64,000 nt of DNA from Camelus dromedarius (lineage: Eukaryota), in contig NC_087437.1 of NCBI RefSeq assembly GCF_036321535.1, forward strand, positions 87,670,001-87,734,000, written 5' to 3'. Within the stretch, counting starts at the first letter, position 1; each line of letters opens with the position of its first letter. Below are positions 55,985 to 64,000 of this stretch, piece by piece. The notes beneath the pieces were generated by a model that searched no databases, was not told the DNA's origin, and saw only the letters and a program-made list of their open reading frames with translations. The translations under genes were made by a program, and so were the position numbers.

Positions 55985-57000
55985 GTCAAAACCATTTTGT
56001 ATTGGCATAAAGGTGGATAAATAGATCAATGGGACAGAATAGGAAGTTCCGAAATAGACACAGATATAGATAGCTGATTTTTGAAAAAAGTGCAAAGGCA
56101 ATTCAGTGAAGAACAATCCTTTCAAATGACTTTGTAATAATTGGATATATACAACTGCCCCCCCAAAATGAACTTTGATACCTCAAATTACACACAAAAA
56201 TCAGTTCATAATGAGATCATAGATCAAACATAAAACTTAAAACTATAAAAGCTCTGAAAGAAAACATAGAAAATCTTTGTGATTTGCATTTTGGTGTAGT
56301 TTTTAAATGTGACACCAAGACCACAATCAACAAAAGAACAAATGAGTAAGTCGAATTTCACCAAAATTAAAAACTTTTGCTGATCATAAGACACTGTTAA
56401 GAAAAATGAAAAGACAAACCATAAACTTAGGGAAAATATTTGCAAGGCATATATCTCATAAAGGAGTTGTTATTAAGAGTTTATAGAGAGAACTTAAGAA
56501 AGTAAACTATCCAATAAAAAATGAGCAAAATATTTGGACAGCTTTCCAAAGATGATATGTGAATGGGAAGTAAGCAAATGAAAAGATCTTCAACATCATT
56601 AGTCATTAGGAAACGCACATTGAAACCACATGAGAGACAACTAAATAACATTAAAAACAGCTAAAATTTTAAAAGCTTGCCATACTAAGCACTGACAAGG
56701 AAGTGGAGGAAATGGAACACTCATACACTGCTGGTTGAAATATATAATAGCACGAGAAGTTTGGGGGAAAAAAAGTTGACCATTTTTTAAAAAGCAAAAT
56801 ATACATGTATCATATAATCTAGCCAGTCCACTCTTAGTATTTACCCAAGAGAAAAGGAAGCATACACCCATAAAAAGGCTTATAGGAATAACATTCCTTG
56901 GAGCTTCAGCTTGATAGTCCAAACTGGAAATAACCCAATGGTCATCAACAAGTGAATAGGTTAACAAATTGCAGTAAATCCATATATCATTATACTATTA
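55985..57000 (+). mobile_element. older L1 ORF2 C-terminal region (host of the inverted L1)
   Basis: 'atagatcaatgggacagaatagg','aaaatatttgcaa','caacatcattagtcattaggaa','ggaacactcatacactgctgg'; continues from 55420-55530. Confidence 0.88.
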
Positions 57001-57375
57001 CTACCAATCTCAGGAATCCTATCTGCAGATGAGTGTTTGAGAACAAGATGTTCACAAAATGATCGACAAAAGAACTGATAAAAAACAAAGATAGTCCCAC
57101 AAGCCAACCTCAGTTAATATTGCAAATGTAAGACCTTGTAAACAAAGAGAGTACAATGAGGTAAATGCTTTCTGTTCTCAATAAACCATCAAAAGGGAAA
57201 TAAATGCATTCCTCAAGAAACCCTTACAGTAAAAGCAAAAATAATGCATAGATGCCTTAAAAACTGGTGAAAGTTGGTTTAGGATTGAAAATATTCAGTA
57301 TTCTTACTGTGTGTATAGATTAATTTTCTCACAATTTCTACTTAAGTTAATACTCAGAATATGTAATATCTAATC

Positions 57376-57396
57376 TTTTTTTTTTTTTTTTTTTTT
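57376..57396. repeat. poly-T tract
   Basis: About 21 consecutive T. Confidence 0.9.
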
Positions 57397-58719
57397 AGCC
57401 TAAAGTAACCTAGCATTGTTGTTTTATTCTGTTCAATTGTTTGGGTTGTTTAAACCAAATTGACTCTGGCCTGACAAACTCTCAAGACTTATATTAATAT
57501 TTTTGCAATTCAAGAGATTTGAATTTAAAGAATTTCTTGGAAGTCAATTCTTAATGCACCAAACTCAGAGTAAGGATTGATCACTCAAGGAGGATAATCC
57601 TCTTTTGGGAACCAACTGCATAAGAGGCTTTGGCTCAAATGTACAGAAGACTTCAGAGGAAACCTCCGTAATCCAAGGTTTATCTCTAGTTTGACGTGAG
57701 TATCTGACATTTCTACCTTGTAGGGCTCAGACATTCAGCTTTCATCTGCTCCCATGTATAAGCCCACGAGAATATCTCTCAGATTTATTCTTCAAGGCTA
57801 CCTTCTCTGGACTCTTTTTATCACATATGCACATGAATCCACACGTTCTTGATTTTTAAAGTGCCTCTTACCAAGAGAAGTTTCATGAAACCTATAATCA
57901 TCTGGCTGTTTCAGTACTCTTAGAAACAGGAACTTGAGCTACTGCCATGCCAGGCCATCTTGTAGGCTATATGCAGATTTCATTTCCTGTGAAGAAAAGT
58001 AATCCAAGGACACTAGGTTCTAGTGCACAGAAAAATAAATATAATTAAACATAATTGCTACTATTTTTATAATTCTGTATTCCATAAAAACTGTGAGCAA
58101 ATTCTCCACTTCTCGGCTGCAATCAAGTTGTCACCCAAACACAAGGACCTGTTAGTGGAGTCTACCCACGAGCTGTGCAGAAATCCATCCAGAAGCAAAT
58201 ATCACTGATATGTAGCTGTATTCAACACTGTCTATCCTCTGTGTCCTCATCCCCTAGATGAGTTCAGGGACCATGGGTTTGGTGTGTAAAGAGCAGAGTC
58301 AGGTCAGCCTAGCTTGGCCACATTAGATTCATTGGATATGTTGAACAAGGCTGCAGAATAATATACTTTGTAAAAATCCATTCATTTTCATACTTCTGTA
58401 TGATTTTTTTGGTTATATTTTCAGAAAAATTTCCTCAGAAACAACTTTAAATCAGCAACCTTCAATATCTTAACAGAATAAAAGTGACAAGGGCATAGGC
58501 TGCAACAAATCTAAATCAAGTCTGAAAATGGGAGAGACTGAAGGGTAGAGGCAGAGTGGATACTCGGCATGGTGAGAATCCAGACAGTTTGCTAGGATTC
58601 ATCCCTTCCCACCCACAGGATACGTGTTGGCGTCACCTTTTAATAAATATCCCTGTGCAATCCATTCCAAAAAGCACTTTGGAGCCACACCAAAGAATAG
58701 TTTTCTGAAATGGAAGAGG

Positions 58720-59400
58720 CACAGAAGAAAGAATAGGGAATTTAATTCAATGAACTACTGTGTAGCCAATTATGTCAGGTGTAAAAACGTAAAGATTATT
58801 GGGACATATGCAGTCTAAAGTTAAAGAAGAGGTAGTAAGTCGGGTGCAGACAGAAAACAAGACAGCAACACATGGCAAAATGAAGAAAGTGTTCTAGAAA
58901 TGAAGGATAAAGATGATGCTTGGAATTGGAACAGAAAGTGGCAAAAAAAGAAAGATTGCCGAGCTTAATCCATAAGAACGTCTGAGTGACTTGCATTTGG
59001 AAGAATGAGGAGGTTGAGGAGGAGGAGAAGATGCAAGAGGAGGACTCACAAAGGATATAATCCAGGAGTGATAAGAGATACAAAAATGAAAGGAAAATTT
59101 TTAAAGTCCAAGCAATCATTCTCTAAGTGGTATTCAATAAAAAAAAGGGTTATCAAGAGTGGTGCCTGAAAATTAACCATTGAGTTCACTAACGACTTGT
59201 TTGAGAGCACAGTTCCAAAAGAATACTGGGTGTGAAGTGGAGCCAGTGCAGTTAGCCTGACTTTAAGGAACTGGACTGTGAAGAGTTAAGTACAGTTGGA
59301 AAAGGTTATCTTGGAGGGAAGACTGGTTGATGCTGTTAAAATAGAGAAACACTTGAGCATACTGCTAGATAGAAGAAGAAGAAGAACCGCAGGGGAAAAG
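58720..59400 (-). mobile_element. degraded L2
   Basis: Purine-rich + strand ('gagtgacttgcatttgg','accattgagttcac','gagaaacacttgagcat'). Confidence 0.45.
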
Positions 59401-60739
59401 TGATGGCGTGTCTCACAGGTCAGAGCTGGAGGATTAGTTGGGCAATGGAAAACTTTTGATGTCCATGTTTTGAAGGAGAATAATTCAGGAGATTAAAAAA
59501 TAAAAAGAGTCCTCCAAATGAAAATGAAAGTACTTCCATTTTTCTGATCTATCACATATACTAAAAATGATGAAGGAAAGTAGAGGGTAAGTCCAAAGGA
59601 AAATTCACTTGGGAGATACTTTTAGGAAATACATAGTTTGTCAGTGTCTGAACACTACCCACCAGTCAAAGGAGCAGAAAGTTCACTGTTAGAGAAACAT
59701 ACTCAAACAAAATTACATCTACCTCTGTCAAAATCGTAAACCAACTATTTGCAGCCATACATCCAGCCAATTCCCCCTGACCTACAAAGTACTGAGTAGT
59801 ACTTTATACAATACAAAATATTTCACATCATTTGGTTTGCCAGGCAAAATCTCAAGCTTGCTGCAAAGATTCTCAATTTACGTACAGGCTGTAGGTTCCC
59901 TATATAGAAGAACACCACAAATTGGCAAAAGCTGGAGTTCAATGTGTCTTTGTATGATGGGAGCCAAGGGGGGTGGGGAATCTTAACAAGGTAACACAAG
60001 AACAGTAAGCCTGGTGGGGTCACTTTCAGCTCCGTCCTACAATTCTGTACTATAGCAGTATGCATCATGGCCCAAAAGTCATATACAGAAAGACTCCTCT
60101 AGACACTCTGGGAGAAACCAGGAGATTTAAGTCTTCTAGCTTTGTCTGTTAACAGGGCAGCAACAAGCCAACTAGGATCTAGGGATTATCTGCAATAAAC
60201 ATTAATTGGCTTAGTTATAGACACAGATGTAAAAATAGAGGTACAGATACAGGTACAGACATCCTGTTGCAAGAGTATCTTCAAGCAAATTTTTGTTCTG
60301 TTTTATGTAGGAATCAAGGGTTTCTTGAAGTGTATGTACGACCAAGGATCTCAGGATCACAAATATGAAAAAATGTCCAAATTCCTTCATGCTTAAGGCA
60401 GTTCTAGCCTATCCAACTAACATCCTTCCTATCCAGTCCCAACACTCTCCCAACCTCCTTCACCATGTACCTACCAGAGACATTAGCAAATATTGAAAAT
60501 GCATAAAATACATAAATTGACCCCAGACAATATTTTAGGTATGGAGATTATTTCAAACATCATTCTTCTTCTGTATTTTGAAATTAAATTAAATTTTTAG
60601 AAAGCAAATGAATTATGCACTATTTGGGGTCATCTACTCAGTCAAGAAAATAACTTCTAATAGAGCTGTACAGAAAGGTCAACTTCTTAAAATTTTATTT
60701 TTGTCCTAGCAAAGATAGGAATAACTAAACACCTGGATG

Positions 60740-61420
60740 ATTAATCATTTAAATAGTTTGATAAATGTGTATCATTCTAGTGTTTCTATGTACCTGCATT
60801 TTTATACAAATATGAGATACTCATCATTTTCTTTTTGTTTGCTTATTTACTGAAATAACATGGATTTTTTAAAGTTACTAAATATTCTCCTCAAATAAAA
60901 TTTTAATCAGTTTTCACAGTCCATGATTCTTTTTTAAAATACCATTATTTAAGACTTTGTAAATCATGATCTTAACTAATATTTTTATACATGTCTGCTT
61001 CTTTTAGATTACTTTCTAGAATTAGAATTGTAGGATAAATTTTATAGTTTAAGACTTTCAAATATATCGCTAAATTTTCCTCCAGTAGATTCGTAAAAAA
61101 AAAAAATTGCATTCCCATCAGTAATAGACAAGTGACATTTAGCTACCTTGCAAACTCTGGCTCTCAAATACTTTCAATATTTACCTCTTTCTTGGCCTTC
61201 ATTTCATGACCACTTGTTTTAATATTCGTATCTTAAATATCAACTAAATTTTGGCTACTTATATTTCTCTACACATTAAGGCCTTGGTCATTTTATTTAC
61301 CCATGGTTTAGTAAATGTGTTCATCTTTGCTATTGTGTATAAGAGCTCTTTATATGTAATAATGTCTACCTTTTGTCACAAATGCTGCAAATATTTCCTC
61401 TAGGTCATTTGCCTTAATTA
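60740..61420 (-). mobile_element. old L1 (L1ME-like) fragment
   Basis: 'ctagaattagaattg','cattcccatcagta','gagctctttatat','gctgcaaatattt'. Confidence 0.55.
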
Positions 61421-61693
61421 ATTCATCCTACCTGAGAGATTGTCTTTGATCAACCCAGTATGACCATTTTACTCAAGATTTATATTTTTTAACAGATTTT
61501 ACTTGTGTATGAGAACATAAATAGGAGTTTCAACATAGTTCAGGAATGCTACATGGTGCCACACAGCAGAGTAAAGAGGAAGGAATGTCAGATAATATCA
61601 ACTTGACTAATGCTAAAGGCCGTCAACTTGATCAACAGAAAAGTACAAGGAAAAAGCTATAAGGCTCTTTTCATGTTACTCTCAAGTAACAGA

Positions 61694-61730
61694 AGTGTGT
61701 GTTCGTGTGTGTGTGTGTGTGTGTGTGTGT
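61694..61730. repeat. (GT)n microsatellite
   Basis: Directly visible. Confidence 0.95.
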
Positions 61731-61784
61731 CATCAAGTCAAGAATGCATCACTGTTCTATGAAATGTGTGAACTTCTCTGCCAG

Positions 61785-62150
61785 ATGGAAAATCCAGAAA
61801 GGCTTCACAGAGGAAGTGACATATGAATTGGACTTTTGAAGGATAATTTCACCATTGAAGAATCAGGGGATGGTCACCCTATGGAAATGTACAAAAGCAT
61901 GAAAGGACCTAAAACATAGAGGGGCAGCAAGAAGTTCACTGTGGCAGTAACTGGACACTGGAAGCAGGACAGGCGATGGACCCTTGCAAAAATGAGGGTG
62001 GCAGCAGATGAAGAAGGACCCTGCATGCAGTTTTGAAAAATATAAATCTTATCCTGGAGGTAACTTATGCGTAAAGAAAATGGTCAAGTGAACAAGTGAG
62101 ACCACTAAGATGAACATTAAAAATCAGCCTATAGACTCCCTAGGTGGGAA
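61785..62150 (-). mobile_element. L2 fragment
   Basis: 'agaaaggcttcacagaggaagtgacatatgaattggacttttgaagga'. Confidence 0.65.
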
Positions 62151-63365
62151 CCAAGTAGCGCAGTACAGTGTCTGGCTAATCAGCTGCTTGTTGCTAATAC
62201 AAGTTTATTGACCTTAATGTGTTTCATCAGAAGTGTATGTGCTCAGAAATCAATCATGCAATTCAGTATTAGGTTCACATTATTATTGCCTATCGGCTTT
62301 ATTCTGGAGCCAATGTAGCTTTTGAGATTGAGATTTGAGATATTTCTTCAAAGCCAAAAAATCGATCTATAAATCAATTGGCCAATAACATAATATTTCT
62401 AATAATTGAATTAAACTACATTTTAGAATATGGTATTCTATATTCTCTGGCCAAATTTGCATAATCATTTATTCTTTTTTAATAAAGTCACAGTTAAACA
62501 GTATATTGAAAATCTAATTATCTTGATGGTACAAAAATTGAAACTATCAATGAAAATGAAACAGTGGATCAAGTTTTCATAAGATCAAACCTTTGTGCAA
62601 GCAACTTTCTTCCTGGAAATGGTCACTAGGTTTAAAACAGCAATGACAATAATGTAAGGGAAACGTTATATACAGGTCTCCAGAAAGCAGCTGTGCAAAC
62701 AAAGGGAAGAACCTTATGGAAAACCATGACACATTAAGAGACCTGTTGATTACATTTCATGTCTAATTCAAGAAATTTTGCTTATACAAAATCAAAAGCA
62801 TAGCCTCAAATGGATCACTTGGTAGGTTGCACATTGCCTTCATATTGCTTGATTCATGCTTTTCACTTAACAGAACACCCCTTGCAGTCTGAATCTAAAA
62901 TGATTAGATTTCAGTAATGCAGATTTTGTTCCAAATGCACTAAATTAGTTAACACATATACATAACATTTCTACATCTTTGTGTATTTGAAAATAGCATA
63001 ATGTTTATCATTTTAAGATAAGAATGAAATAGGATACTTCAAAATATCATATCTGGCAAGAAGCTAGCAATATTAGTCTTCTTTTCCAAATGCAAGAGAT
63101 TAGTTTTCTCATTGTGACAACAAACTAAAATATTGTCATGCTGACAGGTAATATTTTAGTACTCTAATTTACTACGTTTAAGCACTGTCTAACCTTTTGC
63201 TTATTGGAAAATAAGCTTATAGGACTATCTTCAAATAAACTACTATTAATGTGTTCACCTAAAATTTTCCACTAATTTAGATCATTTTTTAAAAGATCTC
63301 CCATTTAAAAGATAAATCTAGATCTTCTATGCCCTTGATTATCTAAGATTAAAATATATTCATCT

Positions 63366-63428
63366 ACACTGGAATTTGACACAACATTGTAAAATGATTA
63401 TAAATCAATAAAAAAAATGTTAAAAAAA
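63366..63428 (+). mobile_element. extremely 5'-truncated young L1 (last ~60 nt)
   Basis: 'acactggaatttgacacaacattgtaaaatgattataaatcaataaaaaaaatg', flanked by attcatct (63358-63365 / 63429-63436). Confidence 0.8.
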
Positions 63429-64000
63429 ATTCATCTGAGCTTCAGTATTTTTTCCAATATTCCTTCAAATAATCTCAAGAAAAACAAATTATAAACAAAG
63501 ATAAATCAACTTTTGGATCTTATCTACCTAGTTAATATCTTCTTTTAAAATGTACAAATTAAAAAATCTTCCTATAAGAGACAATCCTTCAATATTTTCT
63601 CTTGAAACCATTGTCTGATGCCACAAAAGGAATTTTGCTATATATTTTTCCTAAAACATAACATTGAAAGGACAAATAAAAAAATGAAAACTCTATTTAG
63701 ATCTTTGATGTCACAAATACCTCAAATCAGAATGACTCCATTAACCGTTTGCTATTTTCCTCTTCCTCCAATTCCCAAATATTTTTAGACATAGAAAACT
63801 GGGAAACAGTAAGTGAAGTAATATTGAAATAACTATGGTGGTAATAATAATCGACAGCATTTACACCCTCAGTCCTTGCTCTGTATGTTAACTTTTTAAA
63901 TGCTCTACTACAACCCTTTTCAGTAGATATTATTATGAACTCCATTTTCGCAAGAACAAAGGTTCTGCCCTGTGGTACGCACACACTGGGTTGGACTTCA

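Noticed and set aside
57020..57135. Possible plus-strand exon (cag...gtaag)
   Set aside because: Stops in all three frames and no polypyrimidine tract
57376..57400. Poly-T+AG as a splice acceptor or retrocopy tail
   Set aside because: No supported downstream exon, recognisable parent gene or TSD

Overview
AT-rich, CpG-poor mammalian genomic DNA, most likely camelid, based on a tRNA-Ala-derived Vic-1-type SINE and cetartiodactyl-style L1 3' ends. Most of the window is ancient interspersed repeats: L1, L2, MIR, MaLR/ERVL LTRs, an ERV1 pol relic, and hAT-Charlie and Tigger DNA transposons, often nested. There is one credible protein-coding region, an uninterrupted 731-codon ORF on the minus strand (46933-49128). 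I recognise it from memory as probably CSNKA2IP (CKT2), a testis casein kinase 2 alpha'-interacting protein. Its N-terminal half is a degenerate 22/30-aa tandem repeat. It also has a probably folded core with a CxxCxxCx4CxH motif and a poly-Ser tract. No prokaryote-type system (CRISPR, operon, rRNA) is present, and I found no clear new multi-gene system. The best leads are the architecture of this protein and several well-preserved transposition events. Repeat family names come from remembered consensus motifs, and boundaries are approximate unless TSDs are given.
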